A stretch of DNA of 64,000 bases from Sphagnum compactum (lineage: Eukaryota). The DNA is taken from the NCBI GenBank assembly GCA_965153455.1, contig OZ234493.1, forward strand, positions 19,768,213-19,832,212. Reading direction: 5' to 3'. Numbering within the stretch: the first letter of the stretch is position 1; the number at the start of each line of letters is the position of its first letter. Positions 42,690 to 59,012 of this stretch are shown here, one piece after another. The position numbers and the translations under genes are program-made. Under the pieces are notes generated by a model. The model was not told the DNA's origin. It saw only the letters and a list, made by a program, of their open reading frames with translations, and did no database searches.

Positions 42690-43260
42690 AACAAATATGG
42701 AATTTGATAAATTAGGTGTGCAAGTTAATTGAAATGCGGCCATGGGCAAGGGCTTTTATTTTAGATAAAATTGGTTTTATGTCTATGCATTCCATAACAC
42801 CAAATAAAGAAGGAATGATTGTCCATGTTGTCCTACATCAATGTAGTAGGAGAATCACTTCAGAAAAAAAATATTTTTAAAGGTTAGAAGTTTAATCAAA
42901 AACTACAAAACTGGCATTTACTTATTTTAAATGGCCAAAACTCTCATGTTACAATAGACATCATGCACAAGGCAAGGTGGATGGGTTGGTTTTCAATATT
43001 CTTTCATCACAAACAAACCACAATTATAGCCTTTCGATGTTGTAAGCTTCAAAACATTCAAAATTGCCTTTAAGCCTTATAAGGAAATATGGACATTGAT
43101 TAAAAAGATAAAAAGGTTGGAAAGGAAAATCTAGCACAATGGGTGTCCTTAATTCTTAAAATTCATTAACTCCATTGAACTTTTCCAAGAGTTTCAAGAC
43201 TACTAGAATTTGGCCATATAACCCAATTGCAATAGAAGGCAACATGCAACATAATGAGCA
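42690..43260 (+). mobile_element. Degenerate pogo/Tc1-mariner (DDE_1-type) transposase relic
   Basis: Broken-frame translations give QIWN, LSMLSYINVVGES, IFKG, LLILNGQNSHVTIDIMHKAR, FDVVSFKTFKIAFK and KSFKTTRIWPYNP, matching pogo-type motifs (D.H.SH, LDV..F..FK, GF..TGIWP.NP). Confidence 0.7.
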
Positions 43261-45341
43261 ATTCATTGAAACATCTAAACACCCAAGCCAAATTTTGAAG
43301 TTTTGGATTTGCAAGTTGAAGAGGTACTACGCAAGTGCACTAGGAGCATTGAACCCAACGTCTGCCATTACTATGTTGATATTAAAGCACAACGTGTTGC
43401 ACCATTACAAGAAAGTAGCATCATGGGTTTCGACAATGAACCAAGAAGCTTGTAGACCTTTGAAAAGGGCCAAATTGACACATAAGCACTAGCATATGTG
43501 ATGCCAATGGGTCTTGGTGATCACATAAGTTGTTTTTTAGCTTTGCAGAAGCTCATGCAAGTTGACTCACCATTTGTCAATGAAGGAGCCACGCATAGAT
43601 TATTCAAAAAATATTACATGATGAAACTTGACTACTATGTTTGTGTGCTTGAATTGAAAATGGCATGCAAGGAAATGTCAACTAAAGAGAGGTAGCACTA
43701 GAAGGAGAAAATGATTGTGTCAAAAGAAAAGAAAGTTGCAAAAAAAGCTCGAAGAAAGCTTGCCAAACACTAGAGGTCAAATGAGAGGGCCTTGAAAAAA
43801 ACTTTGACAAAGTGTGGTTTATCATATGTTGTGGTGAGAAAGGCAAAACACTAAACATGCAGCAAACAAAGCTAACATACTTCTACCTGTGAATGCCTAT
43901 CAAGCCCCATTCTATGAAATTATTCCTAGGATTTGATAGTTCAACATGAAGTAAACAATTACAAAATGAAAAGTGCAAAGAGAAGGTAGAGATGCTTCAC
44001 AAATTTCTTTGTTCGAACTAGCATGGATCCATAGAGGCATTCCAAACTTGGTTCATGTGGATTGACTCAAAGGTCATTGAAGTTGTTGAAGGAAACCTGC
44101 AACATTCACAGGGAGCCAATCGTGAAGAAAGTGCTCATGAATGATGTAGGATCACGTTGATTATTCAAGGTTTAAAGGCTAGTCCAATTACATGTAATGC
44201 TAGCCTACTTTAGTAGCAACTACTAGCACCCTTTTTTTTTTGGGAAGCACAACAGCCTGTTAGCACATTTTTAGCAATGATGTGTTTGCTCACTGGACAA
44301 TTTTTGTGACCTTTAAAGACTGGGCACTAATCCAACAATTTTCTTTTGATTCCAAGTCCCTCCCGATTTCTGTGCCCTGGCTTCAATCTGTCCATTGAAG
44401 GTCTGGCTACCTTGATTTGAAGTACCCAGTACCCACCACGAAGATGAAAGGCAACTGGAGTTGGACAAAATATTTCTGGAAGGGTTACAAATTACAACCA
44501 CAGTTGATCTGGTATCTACTTTTGGACATACCAGCCCGGTCCTGCTCTTGGAATTTTTCTTTATTTTCATACAAGTCTTTATAAGTACCAACCATGCCAT
44601 TAGGATCTTTATAAAGATCCTTCCTGCAAACCTGCACCAGTGGTGTAGGTAATTGTTTCCTTAGTGCCTAGGATTCATAACATTCTTGCATCATTTGAGT
44701 AGTCTGTGCTATTCAAAAGTTCAATAGTCGTGGCCTGAGTACCTCTTCCCAGACCCAAAATTGACCCATGATCCAGAATCAGCATTGGTTTGAACCTTGA
44801 ACTCAAAAACCTCAACTGACTTTCTTTCTTCAAATTTTGTTTTGGAGTTGCAATAACACAACTTTGGGAAATTGCATAATTTTCACTTCAGCCCTTAACA
44901 TATCCTGATGCCATCGTTTTGGATTTCAGCCAAACCTTCACATTTGGAATATAGCTTTATATTGGTTTTGTACAAAACAGGTAAATGTTTTAAGTGATTG
45001 TCCAAATCCACCTGTATGATGCCATCTATCTATTCCCCTTCCATAATATGTGCCTTTCCCACATTCTGGAAAAGGTGTTAACACACTTCAATGCATGTGC
45101 CAACATGTCAATAGAACTGAGCTCGCATTTGTTGAATTTCACCAAGAGAGAGGAGTGGTTGCTCCATACATTTACCATCAACAGCAGTACCACAGAGGCC
45201 CTAGTACATGCTTTAATTTGGATGGTGGATCACACTTCAGACAGGGTCTTACCTGCTCTGAACCTTGGAATATGGTGGTGTACTTATACAACAAGACATG
45301 CTCCGAATGAAAAGAGCCATTGAGAAGAGAGACTGCTGGCA

Positions 45342-48299
45342 TCACCAATAATCCTTGCAAGAACAAGCACCATCCTCAAAGTGATGAAACCGATTGGCAT
45401 CCCTGACTATGATTGTTCGCTCCACAATCTTGGCAATGAACTTTGTGGCTGTGTGACAGTCCCCACATACCCGCAGATTCTTAAAAATGCGCAGTGGAGT
45501 ATGAGAAGGTGTGCTGATGAGCCCAAATGCAATGGCCAATTTCTCACTATGGTGACACAACTGAGACACCTTTTCTTCTTCCTCCACATCATGCAGCACG
45601 AATTTCGTCTCTGGTACATATCCTTCCTCATGCATCCGTCCTGACAATCTCTTCAATTCTGCATGGATTTCACTAATCTGAGGATGGTCTTGATCATCTA
45701 CTACAAATGTATGCACCTTATTATTCAATTCGATCCAGGTGCAACCTGGCTGCTTTTTCACACCTCTTTCCTTTCTCAGCTGTTGAACTTTGTCCTTGAG
45801 ATCCCACCTGCCAGCAGCAGCGTAGATGTTTGATAGCAGCACATAGCCAGCAGCATTCTTAGGGTCCACTTCAAGAACTTGTTTTGCAACACGCTCTCCC
45901 ATCTCCATGTTACCATGAATTCTGCAGGCACCAAGCAAAGCCTTCCATGCTGCTGCATCTGGTTTACAGGGCATTGTCTTGATTATTTTCTCTGCCTCAT
46001 GCAGGTGGCCAGCTCGGCCAAGAAGATCAACCATGCAGGTGTAGTGTTCCAATTTTGCAGAAATCTTGTAAACTGCACTCATGGAACCATAACAGCGCAA
46101 TCCTTCCTGCACCAGGCCTGCATGGCTACAAGCTGAAAGAAGACAAAGAAAAGTGACATCATCTGGCTCTACACCCTCTTCACACATCCGTTCAAAATGT
46201 TGAAGGGTTTCCTCACCATGCCCATGCATGGCAAATCCTCTAAGCAAGGCATTCCAGGAGACCACATCATGTGATGACATCTTGTTGAACACCCTCCAAG
46301 ATTCTTCCATGCTCCCACATTTGGCATACATGTCAACAAGGCTACTCCTCACAAAGACATTTGACTCAAAGTCACTTTCTATAATTTGTTTATGAGCACG
46401 CCTGCCCTCTTCAAGTGCCAGTACACTTGCACAGGCATTCAGGACCCCAACAAAAGTGATAGGGTTTGGCAGAACACCTTCCTGTTGCATTTGTTGAAAC
46501 AGTTTCAGTGCTGCCTGCCCTTCCCCACATTTCACATTTCCCAATATCATGGCAGTCCATGAGACCACATCTCGTGAGGACATCTTGTTAAACACTTTCC
46601 AAGCCTCCTCCATGCTCCCACATTTGGCATACATATCCACCAGGCTACTCCCCACAAACACATCCAAGTCACAACCACTTTGAATGATCTGTTCATGAGC
46701 ATGCCTGCCCTCTTCAAGTGCCCCTACACTAGCACAAGCATTCAGCACACCCACAAAAGCAACAGAGTCTGGCTGCACACCTTTCTGCTGCATTTGTCTA
46801 AATAGTTCCAATGCCTCCCACCCTTGCCCACATTTCACATATCCCAATATCATAGCAGTCCAACAGACCACATTGTGTGATGGCATCTTGTTGAATGCTC
46901 TCTGAGCATCCTCCATGCTCCCACATTTGGCATACATGTTGATGAGGCTGCTCCCTACAAACAAATCAGTCTCACAACCGATTTGAATGACCTTCTCATG
47001 AGCATGCCTGCCCTCTGCGAGTGCTTGTAAGCTAGCACATGCATTAAGCACCTGAACAAAAGTGAACTTGTCAGGACTTATGCCTTCTCGTTGCAGTTGT
47101 TGGAAAAGCTGCAGTGTCTTCTCCGGTTCCCCAGCCTTGACATATTTTGCAAGCTTTTTATTCCATGCAAAAACGTTCAGCTGCAGTGTGCCTGGCACCA
47201 TTGCAGCCATCTCTGCCTCCACCCATGCAGGTGTCCAATGATCATCAATCCAGATGCCCACTTGCGTCTTCTTATGAGTAAAATCAGGATACCTTGCATT
47301 CATCTACCACCAGAATTACAAACTGAGTGCCTCATAGCATGTCCAGATCAGGTTCTGAAATTCACTAGAATGCTAACTGACTTCCTCCGAACAGTGAATG
47401 GTGGCAGACATTTACCTTCTCTGTCCTGTGATCCCACCATTGGGAAGGATCTGAAAAGAATTCCCGCCAAAGTTTCTCTCTCTGGCCTCTAGGATCCTTG
47501 GTATCTGGTAAAAACACAAGCTCCCATCTAATCATGGACTTGCTCAACAATAGGAAAGTTGTATTGAATCAATCTTGCAGTAAACACTTAGTTTGAGTCC
47601 AAAGTGAACATTTTATTTTGAAAGGATCAGAGAAGCACTTAGATTTTGCTGCAGCCTCTGGCCAGATATCACCTTGCTGCTTTCAAATAACATGCCAATC
47701 TTTTCAAGAACAAACCCTTACAAAATTCAGACAACCATAACTCTGCCACAATCTAAAATGAGGCACGACATCACATTCTGGAACAATGTACTCTTGGAAG
47801 ATTGCTTTGTTGTCCATAGTCTCCTAAGTTCTGCTGTGTTCCATCCATCAGCACTTCTGGTCGCAGATACATCTTGGGCAAATAGTGTGTGATCTTGTAC
47901 ATTCACTAGAGAAGAGATGAAGATTTTAGCGCTAAGAACGAGACAAAAGACAGTTTATTCAACCAAAACATCGTTCATACCTTTCCACGGAGCAGATGCA
48001 TATGAGAGCATTGGTGGTCTAAAGAAATATGTAAAAGAAGTAAGAGAAGGCAGTAGAAGAGAGGGGAAAAACTTACGATAGCCCTGATCTCTGAGTGCCG
48101 CATTTGTTTCAATCATCTGCCCCCTGGGAAGTAGAGCAGTTGATTGCAGGAGCAGAAATTGTTGCACTTGACGCGAAGGTGAAGCACAGACACATAGCAG
48201 GCCCTTGATCCGCGTCTCCCCTGGTCCCCATGTGGGAAAGGGCTGCTGCTCCCGAAAGAGCAATTGCAGTTCCCGCATTGACGATAATGCTATGTCCAT
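45342..48299 (-). CDS. PLS-class PPR protein with E1/E2 and DYW cytidine deaminase (organellar C-to-U editing factor), carrying an N-terminal OSB-type PDF motif
   Basis: Main exon 47303-45342: 12 PPR motifs ((P-L-S)x3, P2-L2-S2), E1/E2, PG box (PGCTWIE), HSEKL, CGDCH and terminal DYW. Exon 47504-47416 joins it in phase 0 (AAG|GTAAAT..TAG|ATG). Likely further exons 48299-48077 and 47905-~47790; these boundaries are uncertain. Confidence 0.9.
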
Positions 48300-48492
48300 C
48301 GCAACAATAACAGCAACTACAAAACCAACATCATCTTGCTTTCTCTTTTTTCACCGTCTAATTGCACAAAACCCTAAACCCTAAACTAGGAGAGGAGAAG
48401 ATGTGAAAGCAGGAAGCACAGACACGCCTTAAAGAACCGTGCGTTTTTGCTTCGTGTATTTTCAGGCCGGTTATACGCGAGAAGATCGCTCA

Positions 48493-48569
48493 GTACCTTA
48501 CGAAATCCGTAAGGAACCGGCCAGCTCAGCGCCAGCTCACGGGAGTTCCTTACGGATTTCGTAAGTTAC
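48493..48569. repeat. Near-perfect 25-bp inverted repeat upstream of the PPR-DYW gene
   Basis: GTACCTTACGAAATCCGTAAGGAAC (48493-48517) and GTTCCTTACGGATTTCGTAAGTTAC (48545-48569) are 24/25 complementary, with a 27-nt spacer. Confidence 0.85.
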
Positions 48570-48859
48570 TTCCCCAGTTCTTCATTCTTTTTTTCTTTTT
48601 TTAATCTTTTCTTTTTCTTCTAATTTCTTTTACATAAGTTCAAATTCCTTTCAAAGTGCAATTTTATTTTATTTTTCAAAACTCTTTGCATCTCATAAAT
48701 TTAAGTCCTAAATAATACTTACCTTCAATAATCAAACCCTAATTTTAAATTGATTTTCTAAACCTGAATAAAACCTAACCCTAATTTCTTAAACTCAAAA
48801 AAAAAAATTTACACTTGAACTTTGCTTGAGCTTTGCAAACAAGGTCACTTGCAACTTTA

Positions 48860-49620
48860 TTTTCATTAATTTTCAATTTATTTAATTCTAGGCTTGTCGA
48901 GGAACAACAAATTTAAATTGATTTTTTTGGGTTTGAAATCCTTGGGTTTTCAAGGGATTACACATCCAGCACCCACCCACCAGGGTTTTTTCTCCACAAT
49001 TTGATCTTGATTGACATTTTGGCAAAAAAATAATCCAAGAAATTTGCTAAATTAGTCAAATTTACACCAAAGGAAAAAATTTCAAAAAAATTCGAAATTT
49101 TTTTGAAATTATTTTTTTAAAAAAATTGGGAGAAAAATCCACTTGTACCCACCATTGCATCGTCCATTGGAAACCCATTATGACTCAGTTGTGGTTGGAA
49201 CTAATTAGAAATGAAACCTAATAATGAATGATTTCAAAGATATGTAATCATGATTCTCACAAAAATCAAATTATTGGTTATATATTACAGCATAATTTTC
49301 AAAAATTTGGGAAGCAATTATGGTATACAACCACCTTTTTTTTTAAAAAAAAATCTAAAAACTGATCAAATAACCATTTATATGATTTTTGGTTATTTAG
49401 TGAAAACCACCAATTCTTTGATATTTTTAAAAATTACAAAAAGTGAAGGTTCTTTGATTTTGAAATAAACCAAAAAATTGGGTGGGAGGTAGAGAGGCAC
49501 CATCACAATTGAGAGAAACATACATACATACATAATTAATTAATTAAAATGAAGATTCCATTTTTGAAAATAAAATATTCCTGAATATTCCAAAAAAAAT
49601 TTAAAAATATTTCCAAAAGA
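48860..49620. repeat. Local segmental duplication, copy 2 (partner 34675-35535)
   Basis: For example ACTTGTACCCACCATTGCATCGTCC at 49141 is the reverse complement of GGACGATGCAATGGTGGGTACAAGT at ~35005-35029. Confidence 0.85.
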
Positions 49621-50424
49621 AAATAATATTTTAAAATTCAAGATTGGAGTGTGAATTGGTTACCCAATTGATTTTTTCCTTCTAAAACCATTTTTGTAAT
49701 TCAATCAAACTTATAATGACAAAAATTTATTCAAAACTCAATGTCTCCCACACATTAGGGCTAAAAATCATATGACATTCCTATTGGATACAACCAATTA
49801 AACTCTTTTTTTAAATGGCAATGGATTATTGATGGATGGAGTTTTTTTTACATCCAAAGATAATGGAGACCTTCCATAACATCAACATGAGCATCTTTTG
49901 CTCTACCTATCAAAACTTTGGAACAACCAAATACTTGAATCAATTTTTATTATTAACATCACAAGGGCGAACTAAATTTCGTATATTTGTTCAATTTATA
50001 TGTCAATACTGACAAATAATTTATTGGCATTCCTAATTTGTTATCATATTTAATACATATTTAGGAGCATCGTCTAGAAATAGATTATCGCATTCAAAAC
50101 TACAGACAATACAAGGTGAAAAATCCAGGACAATCATTATTGCAAAATGTTGCTTCAGATAAATTATAAACTATTCTCAGAAAAAAAAACACATTTGAAG
50201 GTCAACTTATGTTTTTCAAACAAACTTGTGAATTTGTATGTCCATCTCCATAATAGTGTAACATTCAATCAAAAATCAAAGTCGGTCACATCAAAAGGAT
50301 ACAAATCTTTCCCAAGAGCAATCAAACCACTTGTTTGAATTAGGTCAAAAGCCACCACACATGCCTATACTCATTTGGATTCTACATGGTGTTAAGTGTT
50401 TAGAATTATACAGAACTAGACTAG

Positions 50425-50445
50425 TTTAGGGTTTAGGGTTTAGGG
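50425..50445 (+). repeat. Short interstitial plant telomeric repeat (TTTAGGG)3
   Basis: Three exact units followed by degenerate units. Telo-box-like AAACCCTA motifs also occur at ~48369-48385. Confidence 0.6.
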
Positions 50446-51210
50446 TCAGTGGTTTCGAGTTTAGGTTCACCACAATCAGGGAGGGACATTGGAGAGTTCA
50501 TATGTACAATGCTTTAGTGTGCCTCCAATGTGGAAATTGCACAAAGAATGTTGTGTCAATCATAGTTTAGAGATAAACATCATGTTGAGAGTCCATGAAT
50601 TGGTATCAAATGCTAACCTCAATTGGAGGTGCTTTATCCGGAGTTTTACAGGGGCAAAAAAACAACCGGAGTCTAAAGTCTAAACTCCACTTCCTTGGTC
50701 AGCATCTGTAATAATCTGGCCATGTGGACAATGAATTAGGAATTCGATTAAACCCAAGAAGGAAACACCACACAAGTAGGAACCCTTCTAGATCTGTCAA
50801 ACATGACAGAATCTATGACCTCGTCAGAGTCTAGATTATTGAGGAGATTAGTATACTGAAACCCGACACAATATCACAAATGAGTGACTTGTGTAAGATA
50901 GCATCAAATGGTGTAATGGGTACTTGCTAATTTAACACAAATCATGATAGTGGTATGGAGCAAATTTGTTTGAAGGCTAGTGACACTCCCTGGCGGAATA
51001 TCCTGGACAATCTGCCACCACCCACCATAGCCACAATGGCCAAAAAAACTTATTAAGGTAGAATGAAAGAAAATCCCAATTTGCATGTATGTGTGTATTC
51101 ACAATGTGCTTCTCATCTACACATATGCTCTCAATTAAATCCAGCACAGATCATTATGCTGGGGTGGAACAATAGAAGGAAAGTCTTGAAGGAAGAAAGA
51201 CCTCTGTGAT

Positions 51211-53904
<2,694 letters not shown>

Positions 53905-56900
53905 TCTTTTGTTTCTTGAACTCCAGTGAGGATGCCCACACCCCTCCTCTCCTCACCAGCAAAAATTTCACAGTAAAATTTTCAGAGCAAAATCTCCGAG
54001 AGTTTCAAAGCTAACCCTCTCTACCCGCCTGCCTGCCTGCCTGCCTGACTGCCTGTCTGCTTATAGAATCATGCCTCCTCCTCCTCCTCCTCCTCCTCCT
54101 CCACTCCGCCTTTGAACCCATCAATGTTCGGTAACACCCATCATGTTCGGTAACAAACCGCCAGCTTGAACAAAAAAGATTTAGTATTTTACCAAAACAT
54201 ACATTCTATATGAATTTTTGAATTAAGTGATTTAATGATTTTTTCATATTTTGAGATTTAAAGAAATTACAAAATTCAATGTAATTGTGAAAGTAAATGT
54301 TTTATTTAAATTATTATTAAGTTTCAAACAATACATAATATGAAATTTTTAAATAAATATTTAAAATCATTTTAATTGTTTGTTTGTTGTACATTTTGAA
54401 ATGGAAAAAAAAATCACAAAGTTTTATATAAATGAGAAAATAGATAATATTTGAATATATAACTTAATTCCAAATTTCAAAAAAATTGAATTTTTTTATT
54501 ATTGAATATTTAGAAATAGTTATAAATTTACATATATTTGTAAACTAAAGAAATTACAAAGTTCAATGTAATAATGAATCTACCAAATTAATTATGTAAA
54601 AAAAAAATCCTTTTTCTTTGTTCAAAATATGTGTTTTTATGTTTTTCGATGTCATTTTTGATATCATAAGAAATGATGGCTTGGTGGTTAAGGCTTCGGA
54701 GTGTGGCTGAAAAGGATATGGGTCATAACTCACTTTGAACATTCATCATGAAAAAATCCCTCAATACAAAAATTTAATGACTTGTACAACATCAACATTG
54801 AATCCCAAGTCAAAGGTTGGTAGGGTTTGGATTTATTTATGGTTTAAAAGAAATTTAAAACATCATAATGGCTTTATATATTCATTTTTAATAATTTAAT
54901 TTTAAGTTAAAAATTAAATTAATAATGCCATGTCAACTAATAGCTTTAGTCATTTTAGACAGTTGTTTTCAATCATGTTAATCATATTTTTTTGTCACAT
55001 TTGTGTCAAAAATGACTGATTTATTTTGATTACATGCAATTCTTTTGATTGTTTGATATGAATAAAAATATGCCCAATTCGATCTAAAAGACCAACTTAA
55101 AAACACATATTTGCAATAGTGATTAAAACTTTTTTGATTATGTTTGTTGAATTTGTTTAAAGTTTTATAAAAACAATATTCACTCATGTCACTATTGTTT
55201 TGCAAGTGGTCATTGAAATCATGACGAAGGAACTATATATTAGATTTTGAGCAAACTATTTGCTTGATGTATTGGGGATCATCTACTTTAAGTATTAATT
55301 AAAATATAATGTTGATTTGAATTTTGAACATCATAATTTGGTGATCAAAGGTCAATATTACTATGAATCTAGGTTGGGTATTTTAATGTCTTACAATATT
55401 GTCATTTTAAGACCTTCAACTATGATGTAGGATGTCCAAATGCACGATGAAAACTAATGTTGCAATAGATATATTTGTAAAGTCCATGACATTTGGGGCT
55501 GTAGACCATTTGTTCAACAAAAGATTAGATGATGCACACAACATGAAATGAACATGGTAATAAGGAAAATACCTCGAGTCAAATTTCAAAAATCTGTTGA
55601 GTTTGAGTGAAATTGGAATTTGAATTTGAATTTCTTGTTTTTGTGTGTTTAGGGTTTTGTGAAAAGAATGTTTCATGTGTGGTAGAAGTTGAAGTGAGCA
55701 AGGAGACAAGTTTGATGCATGACAAAGGTTGAAACGAGTGACAGGGTTAAAAGTGTAAGAAAAGAGGCAAGTTTTGGAAGCGCAAAGGCAACTTTAGGGG
55801 TTTGATAGTTGCATAAAATTCAACTTTGGAAACATGGAAGTAGCTAGAAGGGTTCAACAATTTTGGAGACTTGGTTTTGGAACTGTGGACACAAGTACAG
55901 GGGTTCAATAGTTCTAGAAGTTTAGTTTAGGAAGTGTGAAGGCACTAGAAGGACTAAAATGGTTCAATAATTTTTTAAACTTGGAGAAGGAAGCATGGAG
56001 GCAGCTTGAAGAATTTCAAAATTTTAGAAGCTCAAAGAAGCAAGCATGGAGGCAACTAAGAAGGTTTGATAGGGTTCCATAAATTTGGAAGCTTAGAAAA
56101 ACAAGTGTGGTATTCAACAATTTTGGAAGCTTAGAAGGTTGAATCGCATTTTAAAGTACAATTTGACTTTCTTATAAGCAACCAAAAGGGAATGTTTTAT
56201 CAAAGCGATGAAGTGCATCGTTTTAAGGTGAAGACTATAATCTTTCTGAAGTAATGGGCTTTGTAGGCAAAGTTCTTAAAGATGTCAATGTGTTTTATGA
56301 TCGTCAAAAAAAAATTATGTTTAAGAAACTATCATTTTGGTTGTGTGGTCTTTTTCCACACTTTGTTGCTCTATTTCTACCCTTTGTTACAAGTTTTCCA
56401 AATATGTATAAACTTTAACTACTAGTTAATTAGCTAATCTCTCAACATAATACCTTTACACCAACCCTTACAAATAATATATGAATAAGTTGATGCAGAC
56501 GAACCCACATCAAACTCCAATCTTAACCCAAAAATGTGCATTCAATTTGAATGCAACTTATTGCCACCTTTCATGGATTTTCTTGTGATTTCACACATTT
56601 TCCCTTCCTATGACCCTTTCAATGTTTTGGCATATGCGACGAATAAACAAAGCATGGTCTAAGGTGGTTGGAGAAAATGTCTTTAGGAATGCATTGGAGA
56701 TGGTGAAAATAGACCATAGACCTTATCTTCTTTCTATTTCTAAAATTGAACATTCAAGGACATGTTTTCAAAAACATTTTGAGCATGAGTTCAAATTCTT
56801 GAAGGTGTGTTTGGACATTACTAACATAAATCCCAACTTATGTGATTTAGATTCAATTTTTTTAGATTATGCTTCTAATGAATTACAATTACTTGAGTAG

Positions 56901-58539
56901 AACCATGTTGTAAATGACATGTTTATGCTAAGACCAAGGATTTTGAATTTTGTAAAGTGGGGAAACCTTTTTAAATTTCATGTTATGAATATTTAATAAA
57001 ATTGAATCTATGTTCTCTACTTTTCAAAGAACGTACAAATCTAAAACATTTTGTCCTTTCAAACTATCATTATTGACCATCTAAGAATGTTTTTTCATGT
57101 GGAAATCCAATGTGGGCTTGAATTACACCAAACCCTAAATTAGTACTAGAATTTCAAGGTTATCATATCATCTTTCCATCTTTGCAAAATTGTTAGTGGA
57201 TCTTCTTTCACTTTAAAATTGATTCAATTTTTCTTAAACATATCCAAGTTTTAAATATGGTTTGCAAGGTTGTAAAATCTTCTTTTAGATCCATTATTTT
57301 TATCAGTAGATTTTGGTATGGCATGTATGGCAAATTTTGACCTTTTCATGGAATAAAAAACAAGCGACTTCCATTCACCTGCACATGAACATGTTTTAAC
57401 CACAATATGTTGGAAGGCAAAGGTGATGTGGAAAGAAAAACACATAGATAATTAATGGAGTCTATACAACTCAGTACGTTGGCAATTGCATATAACCTTC
57501 ATTTTGGGTAGTATAGTTTGGACAATTATCTCAATTGATTCTTAGTGTAATATGGAAAATTTTATTCGCTGCATACAAATCATAATACTCAAATCGTACA
57601 TTCCAATAAAAAACATTAAAAGACCTATTGCAAGAAGCATTGAAGGAATTGAAAACATGGATGCCCAATGAAGATGATTATGACAATTCCACTTTTCAAT
57701 GTGATGATATTTTAGAAAAATTGAAGACCATTAACAAACACACCTTTAACAATGTTTTAAAAAGGCGACAATCCTTTATAGATGGTGCAAAATTCACATT
57801 TGCAATTAGTGTTTCAATAGACATTTAAATTGTTCATGTAAATATTAATGCCCTAAGTTTTGTATCAACTATGAGTTATACTACTTCAATTGAGAAACAT
57901 GTTCAACATATGTCAAAGGCTATACGTTGAACATTCAATTTACTAATATTGTGTGCATGGCTACACAATTTCAATTGAATAATGAAATTAAAGATGTTTT
58001 ATTACTGACCATGTTTACCCAACAAAAACATAACAAGGCCCAAATTGCAAATATGAAACAAGCTAAAAAATTGGAAGTGATATGCAAAGAGGGGTTGAAG
58101 ACAAAAGTAAAATTAATCCTAGGTTTTTAACAATCTATTTCAAATAAATCCAAAATCTTACTTGTTTATAAATTGGAAATAACTATATTACAATAAAAAA
58201 ATCTGAAATAAATTAAAAATTCTAAAAATAAAGACAAGTTTTAGACTTGTGATTACAAAATCCAAAAAAAAAATCTTCTTTTAAGGAAAAAAATTAGATT
58301 AAAATAATAATTTTAGACTTGAAATTTAGGATTATAGTAATAAAAATGATTTTTTTAGAAGTATAATAATAATTTTAGACTTGAAATTTTAAGTTGTATT
58401 AATAAAAAATAATTTTCTAAAATAATTTCAAACTTGACATTTCAGAATGCACAAATAAAAATGATTTATCTAGAAGATGAAATTTCAAATTCCAAAGATG
58501 AGATACAAGTTTTATACTTGAAATTTTAGTTTATAAAAA

Positions 58540-59012
58540 TGATGGATGTTATGGGGGTAATGTATCCCCAATATTGGCTTCAAGTTGATGTTGAATTTTT
58601 TTCAAAGGCACTTCACGTTGTTGAAAACACATTATTGTTATGAACGGAAGTTGAACATTTCATCTTCACCCATCTTGAGCCCAAGTGCCCTTGAGTTGCA
58701 ATGCAGCACATTCAAATGCACCATGAAAGCAAACACCACCTCTACCATGGAACCGCCAATCTTGTTGAATCCATTCATTTGCTTATGGAAGACACTTTCA
58801 ATTTCCAGGGTTCTATAAAACTCTATTTCAAAATATTTAAACTAGCAAAAACTGTTGTAATTCAAATGTTAAGGAGTTCATTCTCCTTTATGAAATCAAA
58901 GTTGCATAATAGATTCAATGAACACCTTTTAATAGTGGTTGGCATGTATTCACAAAGTTCTTACACCTTACAAAACTTCCCATATGATGTAGCTTCTAAT
59001 GATTGGAAGTAG
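58540..59012 (+). mobile_element. Degenerate hAT transposase C-terminal (dimerisation) region
   Basis: MDVMGVMYPQYW, NPFICLWKTL, KLAKTVVIQML and FSFMKSKLHNRFNEHL..VVGMYSQ..YTLQNFPY resemble plant hAT-like transposase C-termini; frameshifted. Confidence 0.65.
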
